A program made the position numbers and the translations under genes. A stretch of 64,000 nucleotides of DNA from Squalus acanthias (lineage: Eukaryota): assembly GCA_030390025.1 (NCBI GenBank), contig CM059449.1, positions 17,050,001-17,114,000 of the forward strand, read 5' to 3'. Below, piece by piece: positions 1 through 12,029 of the stretch. Within the stretch, counting starts at the first letter, position 1. Every line of letters begins with the position of its first letter. The notes beneath the pieces are model-generated. The model was given only the letters and a program-made list of their open reading frames with translations, had not been told where the DNA came from and ran no database searches.

Positions 1-258
1 TGGTCGGGACACCGGGGAGAGCTCCCCTTCTCCTCTTCAAAATAGTGCCAAGGGATATTTTACGTTCAGCTGAGAGAGCAGACGGAGCCTCGGTCTATTC
101 TCTCATCTAAAAGACGGTATCTCCGACAGTGCAACGCTCCCTCAGTACTGCACTGGGAGTGTCAGCCTAGGTTTTTGTGCTCAAGTATGTGGAGTGGGAA
201 CTTGAAACCCACAGCTTTCAATGTTTCAGAGGCCGAGGGTGCTACCAACTGAGCCACG
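1..258 (-). mobile_element. tRNA-derived Deu-domain SINE (5' part)
   Basis: Head gtggctcagttggtagcac...ttcaagt plus the Deu-like core ttagatgagaga...ccgaggctccgtctgctctctc; same family as 6895-7345 and 61980-62437. Confidence 0.75.
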
Positions 259-861
259 GGAAATGACGCTGCCTAATTTAATTTACTGGAACAGTGTATA
301 CAATACAATACAACATATTGTGCCATAGATATAGCGCTGTAATGCACTGTGGTATAATGCTATAGGATACAACATAACATGGTAGAAAACAGGAGAACGC
401 AATAAAATGAAGTCTACAGTAGGATGTACCGTATTGCAAAACAATAAAAGGATACAATTAGTATGGTCCAAGATATAATACGCTACCACGCAATATAAAA
501 CAGCATAAGGTTCTTCTGTGCGATAGAAACGGTGTTCATGTCAGATTCCTAGGCCCACTATTTTAACTGTTTACTTTAAACTAATGCAAAAAGCAATTTG
601 ACATGAGCGCGCCAAGCACTCGTACGAGAATAGGGTGATGTCCAGACTAATCGACTATAATATATGATATATAATACAGCATGACATTGAAACGTACTTT
701 TTAATATCATGTAATAATTCATCACAAAAAAAATCAGCGTGTGGTAAGAAAAAATTATAAAATATTATATTATCCATAAACCTTAACACTTCCAATTGAC
801 TTTGTGGCCAATATGTCTAACATGTGTCACTCAATAACCGTTCTGGAAACAATAATTATTG

Positions 862-1172
862 AATCATAGAGTCATACAGCACCGAAGGAGGCCATTTGGC
901 CCAACCTGCCTGTGCCGGCTCTCTGAAAGAGCTATTAATTAATCCCACTGCCCCCACCCCCCCGCACCGCTCTTTCCCCATAGCCCTGAAACAATTCCCT
1001 TTTTAAGCATTTATCCAATTCCCTTTTGAAAGGTATTCTTGACTCTGCTTCCACCACCCTTTCAGGCAGCGCATTCCAGATCACAACAACTCACTGAGTA
1101 AATAAAAATCCTCTAATTTGTCCGTCGCATTTTCCCCCCCAGTATCTTAAATCTGTGTCCTCTGGTTGCCGA
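862..1172 (-). mobile_element. CR1 LINE 3' fragment
   Basis: Antisense WNALPERVVEA-type coding end plus a ctatga tail. Confidence 0.75.
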
Positions 1173-1201
1173 CAGAATAATCAGACAGATCAATACTGAA
1201 C

Positions 1202-4200
1202 TCATGGCCAACGGATTACACCTGATAGATAAGAAAATTAACCAAATTATCAATTAAAATCAAATTAAATCGAAGGAGTAAGCGTTCGGAGTTTATTAAA
1301 AATGACAGGTTGCTCACGTTTCTTTCTGTCACCCACCTGTTTCATGGATCTCTGAGTAGAGCGGATCTGGACTGAAGCAAAAGAGGACATCAGAAAATTT
1401 AGGCATCCCAAACAATAAAATACATTAAAGAAAAAGAAAGTGGTTTTCTTTAAAAAAAAGTAGATCTATGTAAACAGTTACCTGGTGGGTTGCTGAAGAG
1501 CGACTGTGAGGAGAGAAAGACAAAGACAGAAATATTAAAGAGCTGAAGTTATTGATTATACCTGCAAGAAGCAACGGAAATAATTGGTATCGAAATAATT
1601 GAATCACATTTTGGGGGCAACTTTAACCAAACCCGCAGAGAAACGGACGGGATCGGGTGCAACGTTTTGAAGTCAAATGAGAGCAATATTGGGCGGGTCT
1701 AAACCCGGCGTTCCACCCGATACCCTGCGTTTCCCGCCCGGTGAGTTCGGATAAAATTATCAGAGAATTTGCCAACAACATGGAATTCAGTAGAGGTACA
1801 ATTAATGCTGTTACCTCTCTTACGATGCCGGCTGATAACAACTATGATTATGATGATGATGATGATCACGAGAGGCACCGCTACCGCTGCATAGACGAAT
1901 GGTTGGATCATTGGTGCGGACTCGCCGTGGCTGCTCTCTCCACCACCTGTGTGTAAATCTAAAGTTTCTTTTGTGAGACAGAGCAGTCAAGAGCAGGACA
2001 ATGGTCACATTGAGATTGAGGATCCGCAAATGGGACACAGATTCCCAATCCCCTTTGACATGCGGGGCTATTTCACACTGGCATACATCAAACTAGGCCA
2101 CGGATCAAAACGCAAAATGTCACCAGTGGGCAACAGGGGATATTCCCACCCTGGAAGTAACACTGGGGGAATTTTAATGTAGGGACGCTTAATGGGTTGG
2201 TGCCAGTTTCCTTTCATTTAAATAGCGGGGGGTGGGGTGGGGGTCGTGTGAGTTCTGTTAACATAGGAACATGAGGAGGCCATTCAGTCCCTACAGCCTT
2301 TTCCACCATTCAATGAGATCATGGCTGATCTGCGACCTAACTACATATAACCGCCTTTTGCCCCATATCTGTTAATACATTTGGTTAACAAAACTCTATC
2401 AATCTCCGATTTAAAATAAAAAATTGATCAGTTGTCGTTTGCGGAATAGAGTTCCAAACTTTTACCACCATTTGTGTGTGTAGAAGTGTTTCCTAATTTC
2501 ACCCCTGAAAGGTTTAGCTCTAATTTTTAAACCCTGGAGATCCAATAGGTCCAGAGCAAGAACGAGAAAATCTTCCCCTCGTATTTACGGGATGCTTAAG
2601 ACAAAACAAACATCTGGAAATTAGACGGGCCGAAACTGGGTGATCAACGTGGTTCTTCCGCGGACCAATCTTTGCATTTTGTTGGCGCAATGTTGTAATT
2701 TCTATTTACACACTCAACTATATCCGTCACTACCTTCATTTACAGCATGACAGTGAAATCTAACTTATCATACATGTGTTGTCCGGTTTATTCCCAATAT
2801 TGGTACGCGGTGATTTCAAGGCTCACATGTTGCTCTAATTACGGGGCTCCAGTCTTCGCCTCGCACACTGTAACTGGGTTGAATTCTTATCTATAGTCCT
2901 ACCTAAAATTGTATACAGCAACTGAATGTCATTAATATCCCCTCCATTTATTTATTTTAAAAGATCATTCTCGGGATACGGGCGACGCTGGCGAGGCGGG
3001 CATGTTATTGTCCATCTCTGCTTGACCCCTTCAGAAGGTGCTGGTGGGCCGCCTTCTTCTTGAACCGCTGCAGTCCGGTGTGGTGATGGTTCTCCCGCAG
3101 TGCTGTGAGGGAGGCAGTTCCAGGATTTTGGAAGGAACAGCGATACAAGTCCAAGTCAGGCTGGTGTGTGACTTGGCTGGGGACTTGGAGGTGATTATGT
3201 TCCCATGCGCCTGCTGCCCTTGACCTTCTAGGTGGTGGAGTTCGCGGGTTTGGGAGTTCCAATTGATCTGATGGAGAATTTACCTATACGGCCAATATTA
3301 CCCCCTAGTAAAATCCCACATGAATGCGTGCAATTTCATTGGTAAGAATATCTCCACCAATCCAAACTTACTCTGTTGACGCCGTTCCACGGTCACTGTT
3401 GTCCCGTGTCCCTCTGCTGCAGCGAATCCCACGAGCTGCACGTTGCAGAAATAGAACCCTGTATCTTCCGGTTTCAGCTGGATTATTCTAATGGACGCGT
3501 CTCTCCTCTGTCTGAAATCCTCTTCACTTGCCCCGAACACCCTGCCTCTGTATTCCGCTGTATTGTTGGAAACTTCATTTCCCTGTTTGGTGCCTCGGTG
3601 CCACGTGTAGCTGCCGATTCCTGTGGGACCCTCATATCTGCAGAGCAGGTCCGCTGTCTGTCCCGGGGTTTTGGTGAGTGATTGCGGGCTCTGAATTACG
3701 GTGATGTTTCCAACAGTAACTGCTGCAAGTGGGTAAAACAGACCATCTATAAATATACAGGGCACTTCTTTGCTTTAAAGCACGCCGTGGAAGGGCTGGT
3801 TTTAAGCAAATATTATTTCGGAGGATTTTTGATAAGGTATTCATGATCTTTAACTTGAGGGAATAAAAACAGAAAACACTGGAAACGCTCAGCAGGCCAG
3901 GCAGCATCTGTGGAGAGAGAAACCGAGTCAACGTTTCAGGTCGACGACTTTTCGTCAGAATTGGAAAAAGTTGGAGGTGTACCAGGTCTTAAGCAAGTGT
4001 AGGGGCAGGGAAAAGGGGGGAGGGGAGGAAAGAACAAAAGGGAAGGTCTGTGACAGAGTGGAAGGCAGGAGAGATGAAATAACACAAGGGATGATTGGGC
4101 AAGTAAAAAGGAGCTGGTAATGGGACAGGTAAAGAAACAAAAGATGGGTCTAGAAAAGGTTTAAATGGTTAACTTGAGGGATATTGGTGCTGGAGCTGGA

Positions 4201-6041
4201 GCGCCTTTGGTTTTTGGGCGCACTCCTCGGTCAAGTATAAAATGGATCTGGTACAAAGTACCTCTGACCCGTTCCAGATAATAAGCATTCACTTTAATTT
4301 CAGTTCTCCCGATATTCTTTCTGTGCTGCCCGCCGGTCTCATTAACACTTTGAGCGAGGGTGTGAAATGGGCAATCTCGAATTAAACGGCTTGCCCGATG
4401 TTCTCTTCCATTTGGGGGTCATTTTAACTTTAGGTGCTAAATGGTCGAGATCGGGTCGGCTGCCTGAAATTAAAATCGGGGCAGGTGTACACGGTCGCAC
4501 AAATTCAAAATCACCCCCAGGAAGTGAGGAGAAGTCTGATCTGATTAGTCTGATCAGATTGGAAGTCAGCTAGGTGCTAAACCCCAGCGACCTTCTCACT
4601 ATTAATCAGCGGTGACTGGAGATTATGGAAAATACAAACAGAATATTAATAGTCAAAATAATGAAACCGGCTAAATGTTACATGTACCGACATTACAAAT
4701 TGGATGAATGATTTCCCACTTTGGGTATATCTTGTACAATCGCCAATACCTCTTTAAAAACTGTTTACGGATCAGAGAAAATAGCCAATGCATTTGCGAC
4801 CTCATTGGAAGCAGCAAGCAGCGCAACTCTTGCCCTGTGTTGGTAAATAGAGAAAGGTTGTATCCAGTTAAATTACTGTAAATAATAGGAATTGAACAAA
4901 AAAAAGTCATGCCCCCTGGAAACGGGTCTTTACTTGAACACAGCCAGCACTGCAAATATTCACTATTGTGGATAGAGAATATTGGCATTTTTAGGTAGAT
5001 ATAATATCATAGAATCATAGAATAGTACAGCAGAGAAGGAAGCCTTTCGGCCCATCGAGTCTGCGCCGGCACTTTCGAAGAGCAATTCAGTTTGTCCCAC
5101 TCCCCCGCTCTTCCCCCTATCCCTGCAATATTTTTCATCATCAAATATTTGAATCTGTATCCACCACCCTATCAGGCAGAGTACTAGGGCAATCTGTACT
5201 TCAGGGAGCAACATACATTGTGCTCTCCTGGAACAAATACAATAAACCTCGTTATCCGAGAGCTGATCCGTCTCTCACGTTTAGCTCTCTCTATCTCTCT
5301 CTGTCTTCCTCAGTCTCTCTTTCTCTCTCTCACACACACGCACGATTGGAACCCATTTCTCTCTCTCTCTCTTTTCCTATTCCTATCCATTACTTGTTGA
5401 TTTAACCCGTCTACCCTCCCACTATTTCCAACCTTGATGCTGTCCTACGCCATGGGCCATGGGCCCTTCACTTAAATGCCTCAATTCAAAATAAGCAACC
5501 TCGAAAACGTTAGCTTCTCTGTGGCGAGCCCTGGTTAACTGCGAGATTGATTATATTACCAGCACAATAATCATTACCACGGCGCTGAGAAATGAAGATG
5601 GTTAATCTCGCGTCTATGAGAATGTCCGCACAAACCTGATGTTCTTTGAATTGCAGGCGAGCTGGTCATGAATATAAAATGGGTGAAATCCACAATCTGG
5701 TGCTGTGATCAGCAAATATGGGATATCGGAATAAGATTTAACCAGATACACATATAAGTAAGAAAAAATAGATGGGAGGACATCACTATGGCTCTTTAAT
5801 ATCTAATTAAGACATAGAATATTTTATTAAAGTCATTAAGAAATTATGGAAATTAAAATCAGTCCATTCCAATAACAGGCGGCCACTCCGCAACGCCAGC
5901 TTTACGCCCAGGCGGCAAGTTGAAAATCTACCCCATATTCTTGAATGGAGCTGATGTATCAGAAATAAGCTTACCGGAGAACATAGCGAATGCCCAGGTA
6001 ACTGCAGCCCAATTCATTCTCCCTTTCGGCGGCGATATCAT
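1202..6041 (-). CDS. NKp30/NCR3-like single V-domain receptor, gene 1 (inhibitory-type). Model: join complement(5975..6041, 3372..3722, 1815..1946, 1482..1503, 1337..1371, 1202..1221)
   Basis: All introns are GT-AG with consistent phases (1,1,1,2,1). Protein: MISPPKGRMNWAAVTWAFAMFS-AVTVGNITVIQSPQ...LLC...TW...DTGFYFCNVQLVGFAAAEGHGTTVTVERRQQ-SGGESSHGESAPMIQPFVYAAVAVPLVIIIIIIIIVVISRHRKR-VALQQPT-SPDPLYSEIHET-GVIRWP*. The last exon is the least certain. Confidence 0.8.
1337..1503 (-). CDS. Gene 1 cytoplasmic mini-exons (22 nt, 1482-1503; 35 nt, 1337-1371) encoding VALQQPTSPDPLYSEIHET
   Basis: Both exons have pyrimidine-rich acceptors and GT donors, with phases 1-2 and 2-1; YSEI motif. Confidence 0.72.
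1815..1946 (-). CDS. Gene 1 stalk/transmembrane exon (uncharged TM)
   Basis: 132 nt, phase 1-1, acacag/gtaac. TM FVYAAVAVPLVIIIIIIIIVVI is followed by the stop-transfer sequence SRHRKR. Confidence 0.85.
2262..2530 (-). mobile_element. CR1 LINE 3' fragment
   Basis: Antisense of the same 3' UTR (atcagccatgatctcattgaatggtgga) found at 18470-18530. Confidence 0.7.
2965..3260 (-). mobile_element. LINE 3' fragment, second family (also at 9555-10060, 13862-14180, 20676-21420, 63708-63952 on minus; 55926-56075 on plus)
   Basis: Shared block gagaaggtggtggtgagccgccttcttgaaccgctgcagtcc; the longer copies encode MEYSPLAWMSAAPTTLKKL (RT C-terminus). Confidence 0.75.
3372..3722 (-). CDS. Gene 1 Ig V-set (VJ-type) exon
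   Basis: 351 nt, phase 1-1, ttgcag/gtaagt boundaries. B-strand Cys, C-strand Trp, DTGxYxC and GxGTxVxV G strand; close in pattern to the NKp30 ASxxI...YxCxVxxxGxxxxxGxGT motif. Confidence 0.92.
3862..4168 (-). mobile_element. Penelope-like terminal repeat with a minimal hammerhead motif
   Basis: Minus strand tctgacgaaaagtcgtcgacctgaaacg followed by ctctctccacagatgctgcc; family copies at 14592-15250, 27010-27385, 32335-32690 and 56712-57080. Confidence 0.7.
5975..6041 (-). CDS. Gene 1 leader (signal peptide) exon
   Basis: ATG at 6041 (or 6017) reads (MISPPKGR)MNWAAVTWAFAMFS+G into a phase-1 gtaag donor; resembles the gene 3 leader (W..AM..G). Confidence 0.75.
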
Positions 6042-6185
6042 TTCAGAAAAGAAATTCAGGTAGTGTACAGACAGGAATATTTAAGTAATGCAGTGGGAGA
6101 GTGAACCTGAGTCAGAGTCCGGATGTGAGAGAATGGAAAAAAAATGAATTGCAAGCTGTTTATACAACCGCAGTTATCTCTCTCG

Positions 6186-6214
6186 CACATGGTTCTGTCT
6201 CTCTCTCTCGCTCT

Positions 6215-6245
<31 letters not shown>

Positions 6246-6246
6246 G
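6186..6246. repeat. (CT)n/(CA)n microsatellite just upstream of gene 1
   Basis: Direct reading. Confidence 0.9.
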
Positions 6247-6319
6247 CATTCTCTCTCAAGGACAGTTCGCAGCAGATACTCACACGCGGGGTAGATTCTT
6301 GGCCTCACCCGTAACCTGG

Positions 6320-6870
6320 GTACGTAACTGACCACGGGATAGGAGGCAGAGAGTCGTGGATGTTTCTGTCACTGGTGAGAAGTATACAATGGGGTTCCCC
6401 AGTGATTGGTATTAGGACCATTGCTTTTCTTGTTATATAGAAATGTTCTGGACTTGGGTATAGGGAGCACAATTTAGAAATTTGTGAATGATGCAATAAT
6501 TGGTAACATAGTAAATAGTAAGAGGGACAATAGCAGACTTCAGGAGGACATAGCCTGATGAAATGGGCAGGCACATGGCAGATGCAATTGAATGCGGCTA
6601 AGTGTGAAGTGATGCACTTTGAGAGGAGCAACATGGAGAGGCACTGTGACCTAAATGGTGATATTTTGAGGGGGTGCAAGTGCAGAGAGACCTGGGTGAG
6701 CATATTCACAAATATCTGAAGGTGGCAGGGCAAGTTGACAAGGCAGTTAAGAAAGCGTGTGTGATACCTGGCTTTGTCAATCGGGGCATTGAATACAAAA
6801 AGAAAAAAGTGAAGTTAAGCCTTTACTAATCACTGGTTAGGCCTCAGCTTTTGTATTGTGTACAATTCCC
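6320..6870 (+). mobile_element. Degenerate CR1 RT fragment
   Basis: GVPQ..VLGPL, WQMQLNAAKCEVMHF and AGQVDKAVKKA motifs. Confidence 0.8.
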
Positions 6871-6894
6871 GTTTTCTGGTTTAGAAAGAAAAGA

Positions 6895-7345
6895 AGGAAT
6901 TGCATTTATATAGCGCCTTTCACCAGCTCAGGATGTTCGAAAGTGCTTTCCAGCCAATGAAGTACTTTTTGGAGTGTAGTCACTGTTGTAATGTAAGAAA
7001 CGCGGCAGCTAAATCTGTGGACAGCAAGCTCCAACAAACAGCAAGGTGATAATGATCAGATAATCTGTTTTATAGTGATATTTATTGAGGGATAAATTTT
7101 GGCCCAGGACACGGGGAGAACTCCCCCTGCTCTTTTTCGAAATAGTGTCGTGGGACCTATTACATCCACCTGAGAAAGCAGACGGTTTAACCTCTCATCC
7201 GAAAGAAGGCACATCCGACAGTGCGGCGCTCCATCAGTACTGCCACTGGAGTGTCAGCCTAGATTTTTGTGCTCAAGTCTCTGGAGTGGGACTTGAACCC
7301 ACGACCTTCAGAGACTCAAGCGCTACCCGCTGAGCCATAGCTGAA
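6895..7345 (-). mobile_element. Deu-domain SINE, near full length
   Basis: tRNA head (tggctcag...ggttcaagtccc), core ctttcggatgagaggttaaaccg, tail aaggcgctatataaatgcaa. Confidence 0.8.
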
Positions 7346-8029
7346 TCCTAAAGGGGTCCTGTTCCTTAATTTCACTTCACACGCACATAGTCAAGAGCTC
7401 CCTTTACAGTTTCCCTAATGTGCGTTGAGTTTTCCTTTCCCGATCCTTGCTCTCTCTGAAGAATTTGTCACATTGCGTGTACACACACATATATATATAT
7501 ATATACATAACTCTAACTGCAACAGCAGTGCTGGGTTGACTGGGCGTGTATGAGCGTATGTCTGTGAGAGAGAGGTCTGTGCAAACTGTGTGCGTGCGAA
7601 TCAGAAGGATAGTAAGGGCTTTCTGCACAGAGTATCTGACAGCTTGTCAGGGTCTGCAACGACCTGCGAGCTATTGATGTTCGTGGCCCTGGTGTCAGTC
7701 AACACGTTGACTCCGCTCTGCGGTCAGCTACGTGCCAAGAGTGAAGCTGTGTGGGCGTCGAGCTCTTCTTTGCACAACCCAACCTGTTAACCTGAGCGAG
7801 TATTTTGAAAACTCGCAGATGAAGTCCTATAAATATTCTAGCGAGATCGACAACTGACTGAAATGTGTTTATCGCTGAACGCTACAGATCGTGAGGTGTG
7901 AACTGTGGGTGGGTAACTGCAGAGAATCATCTCGCAAATATTTCCACTGCTTTAGTGCGAGGCCTATTTTGCCTTAAAGCAAATCTAGAGGCCAATGATA
8001 TATCAAATAGGGAATTCAGAAGAAGCTTC

Positions 8030-8613
8030 TTATAGAATTACAGAACGGTTACAGCGCAGAAGGGGACCATTCGGCCCGTCGAGCCAGTGCCGGCTCTCTG
8101 CAAGAGCACTTCAGCTAGTCCCACTCCCCCGCCCTTTCCCCGTAGCCCCGCAATTTTCTTTTCCTTCAGGTACTTATTCAATTCCCTTTTGGAAGCCACG
8201 ATTGAATCTGCCTCCACCAGCCTCTCAGGCACTGCATTCCAGATCCTAACACCTCGCTGCATAAAAAAGATTTTCCTCATGTCGCCTTTGGTTCTTCTGC
8301 CAATCACCATAAATCTGTGTCCTCTGGTTCTCGACCCTTCCGCCAATGGGAACAGTTTTTCTCTATCTGCTCTGTCTAGTGCCCTCATGATTTTGAACAT
8401 CTCTATCAAATCTGCTCTCAATTTTCTCTGCTCTAGGGAGAACAACCCCAGCTTCTCGAGTCTATCCAAGTAACGGAATTTCCACATCCCTGGAACCATT
8501 CTTGTAAATCTTTTCTGCACCCTCTCTAAAGCCTTTACATCTTTCCTTAATTGGACACAATACTCCAGTTGTTGCTGGACCAGTGTTTCATAAAGGTTCA
8601 TCATAACTTCCAT
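8030..8613 (-). mobile_element. CR1 LINE 3' end
   Basis: ORF 8038..8613 LEYCVQ...LERVQKRFTRM...WNAVPERLVEA. Confidence 0.9.
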
Positions 8614-8766
8614 TGATATGAAAAGGTAAATCGGGTGGGGTTTATTACAGGCTGCCGATCCGCCACTGCCCGTTTTCTGCTCCCAAAGGAAGTTGACATT
8701 TGACCCTGCTGTTCTTTTTCCAGTTGCTCTCCCCTATTTGTAACTACAGTGTTGATTTATCCCAGT

Positions 8767-8812
8767 ATAGGTTCTGGTCGTCCTACCGCAGCATTACAGT
8801 ATCTTGGGACAG
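8767..8812 (+). pseudogene. Candidate decayed leader exon of gene 2
   Basis: Reads as (M)VLVVL-[frameshift]-AALQYLGT+G into a cag|gtaact phase-1 donor; there is no intact ATG. Confidence 0.3.
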
Positions 8813-10404
8813 GTAACTCTTAAAAGTACAGGATTCTTTTTTTAAAGTTTGGCTAGAATAAGTAGCAAAAAAGCACTAATCATGTCGTGCCCGTCGAAAG
8901 CGCTCTGCAAGTGAAAGGCATGCTGTTGGATTTACACAACTGGGCTCAGCACCATTCCGTGACATGTGGCCAACACATGTTCATGTTTCAGACAATTGCC
9001 AGGCACTATTCATTTAAATCAAACCTGAGTACTATCACCGGTTCTCATTTACAAACTCTGCGCCCTCTAAGTTCAGTCTAATAAATTTGTCATTGTTTAA
9101 ACAGGTGCAAGATGAGTTTCAATCCCCCGGGTGCGTAAACACCCACTGAAATTAGTGAAGGATGAAACTGAACTGCGAGGCGTTATTCCTTTGTTTCAAT
9201 GTTCCGCTTGTGTAATGTTAAAGTAGTGCTTCTTTCTTAAGTATTCTTAAAATATGACGTTTCCGACTACAATTGGAAAACGTGCGTAGTGAACAGAGTT
9301 CCTCTGTGCTTTGTTAAACCACCAGTAGGTTTCGTCATATAAGTGAACGTCTGCTGAGGGATGTTTGCTAAACTTAACAGCACTTTCGGACGCTGCAGGT
9401 CAGATGTTAGCTCGTAGTGTTCTGCGGAGCAAGAATGAAAATGCCTCCTATTCGCATGTGGAAGTTGTTGAATTAACGGAACATACTTTTGCCTGTCGGT
9501 GAGCCGCTGTCTTCTGATGTACACATTTTAATGTTTTTTCGGTCTTTTTAAATTCGCTTATGGGTTCTGTGCGTCGCTGGCAAGGCCAGCATTTATTGCC
9601 CATCCCTAGTTGCCGTTGAGAAGGTGGTGGTGAGCCGCCTTCTTGAACCGCTGCAGTCCGTGTGGTGAACGTTCTCCCACAGTGCTGTTAGGTAGGGAGT
9701 TCCAGGATTTTGACCCAGCGACGATGAAGGAAGGTGTGTGTCTTGGAGGGGAACTTGGAGTTGGTGGTGTTCCCATGCGCCTGCTGCCCTTGTCCTTCTA
9801 GGTGGAAGAGGTCGCGGGTTTGGGAGGTGCTGCCAAAGAAGCCTTGGCTAGTTGCTACAGTGCATCTTGTAGATGGTACACACTGCAGCCACGGTGCACC
9901 GGTGGTGGAGGGAGTGAATGTTTAAGGTGGTGGATGGGGTTCCAATCAAGTGGGCTGCTTTGTCCTGGATGGTGTTCGAGCTTCTTGAGTGTTGTTGGAG
10001 CTGCACTCATCCAGGCAAGTGGAGAGTATTCCATCACACTCCTTACTTGTGCCTTGTAGATGTTGGAAATTCTATATTTATTAAGGCGTACGATTATTTG
10101 TTTGGGCAGGTTGTTTCCTTATGCGGAACTAATATATAACGAAGTTACATTGTGTAAAAAAAACGGTTTTATTTTATTATGCTGTGTTACTTTGCGTTGA
10201 ATCCACCATTTCAACGGTATAAGCTTTTTATCTTTCGGGGAACTTTATATTATACAATTAACGTTCTCTTCCATGCAGATGCTGTGAATTTGCATTTTAC
10301 AATTAACATAATTAATAGGGCCTACTAAAACGTACTTATGGAAATAAATTAACTCACGGACTCCTAAATGACTGTGTTGCACATGGAATTATCTGACATA
10401 TAAT

Positions 10405-11144
10405 GGCCCAAAAATTAGTCCCGCTACGCGAGAGTACGCACTGCGTACTCTCGCGTATTCTGTCACCAATTGCCGGTTTTCTGCATGCACTGCGCATGCG
10501 CTGAAAACCGGCACTTGGTTTTTGGAAAAGGGGGCGGTTCCTCGGTGCACCGCGTGCGCGCTAAAGGCTGCGCGCACGCTGTGCACTTAGTGCTTTGAAC
10601 GCGCAGGTAAGGACGGAAGATTTTAGAAATGAAAAAAGGAGGAGTAAGACCCACTTTTAACAAGGTAAGTAGTGAATTAAGTATTATTTTGAATTTTTTT
10701 TAACAGGTATATCGTTTTTAGAGACTTTAAAGACAGGTAAGTTTATTTTTATAACTTTTTAAAAGATTTTAAATTTTTTCAAAAATTTTAATTTTTATTT
10801 AAAATGGTTAATTTATTTAACTATACTTATTTTATTAATGTGATTTTTTTTTAAATTTAATTGAGGTTTAGCTGTTATTTTGGGTGTGTGTAAGATTCAT
10901 AGCTTTCACAGCACGTATGTGAAACTTATGAATGGAAGATGGTGTGCTGCCATTGGCTCTAACTGAGTCACGTGATCCAACAGCTTGCACGAATTCACTA
11001 CGCCGGTGGGATACGCAAGCACTGCCCAGCTGATGTCTCGAACATCAAGTTCGTGCGAGCTGGATCTGAAAAAGCCAACGCGGAGTGAGAGATCGCGGGG
11101 AAGCCTTACCCCCGCGTCAACACTTAGCCTTTAATTTCTGGGCC
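10405..11144. mobile_element. Putative non-autonomous DNA transposon (MITE-like)
   Basis: Terminal inverted repeats ggcccaaaaatta / taatttctgggcc (12/13 match), GC-rich palindromic subtermini, AT-rich core. Confidence 0.5.
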
Positions 11145-12029
11145 TATATCTTCTACTCGACAATTCAACGTCTTTGCGTTCGACACAATTTATTCTATTC
11201 GCAAAAAAATGATATTCAACCCGTTTCCAAAAGTTCCCATACTTACACTTGACATAATAGAAGGGACAGATTTCCTTCTTAAATGATTAAAGATGACAGA
11301 AGTGAAAACTGCCCCCAGTAGGAGGTTGAAATAGAAATGAGTTGGGGAGTGGTGATTATATTATGTCAATACAAAGTAAACAAACTGCGTGAAAACACAG
11401 CAGATCCGCCTTTATATAGTGACAATTGCCTCTAATTTTTGCACTATATAGGTTCTGAATGTACACAGCTGTTCAATCTGATTATGGACTGCAATTTCCC
11501 AAAGTTCCGTTGAGAAACTGGAAAAGGACCCAATGTAATGACAGCTGAATACCGGTTTGTAGCTCAATGATTGATGGATCAATCAGCATTTTAAATTCTT
11601 CATAATAGCTTGTAAATTGTGGGACACAAGAGATCATTATATCCAAAAAAAACCTGTCCCTGTTTCACAGATCAATGCTTCTTTCTCCAGAAACACACCT
11701 GCTGTCTCTTGAATCTATTTGTACTGCCCACTCCCACGGCCGTCTCCAGTAACTTGTTCCACAAATCCCTTACTCTATAGGCGAACAATTTCCGCCTAAC
11801 TTCCCTTCTTACAGCTAACTAGTTAACGTCTAAAGTGTGACCCTTGGAAATTAGATCCTTCCCCACAGTGACCGATCTATCTGGGCTCAATTCATAATAA
11901 TTGTACAACGTTAATTGACAGGTTGCGGTATTTCATGTACGATACATTGATTCGAATTTATTCCAACAAAAAAGGACACCCTGTAACATCAATTAGTAAT
12001 AGTGAAAGATACTTTAATTTGAGCTTCAC

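Noticed and set aside
1741-1956. Plus-strand ORF with poly-Asp
   Set aside because: Antisense reading of the (ATC)n TM exon of gene 1.
3372-3722. Rearranging Ig/TCR V segments
   Set aside because: Each V exon already contains its G strand (GxGT) and ends in a splice donor. I saw no heptamer-spacer-nonamer RSS next to any of them and no D, J or C segments.
7677-7722. MFVALVSVNTLTPLC+G|gtcagc as the gene 2 leader
   Set aside because: Weak donor and poor hydrophobic core; not distinguishable from chance.
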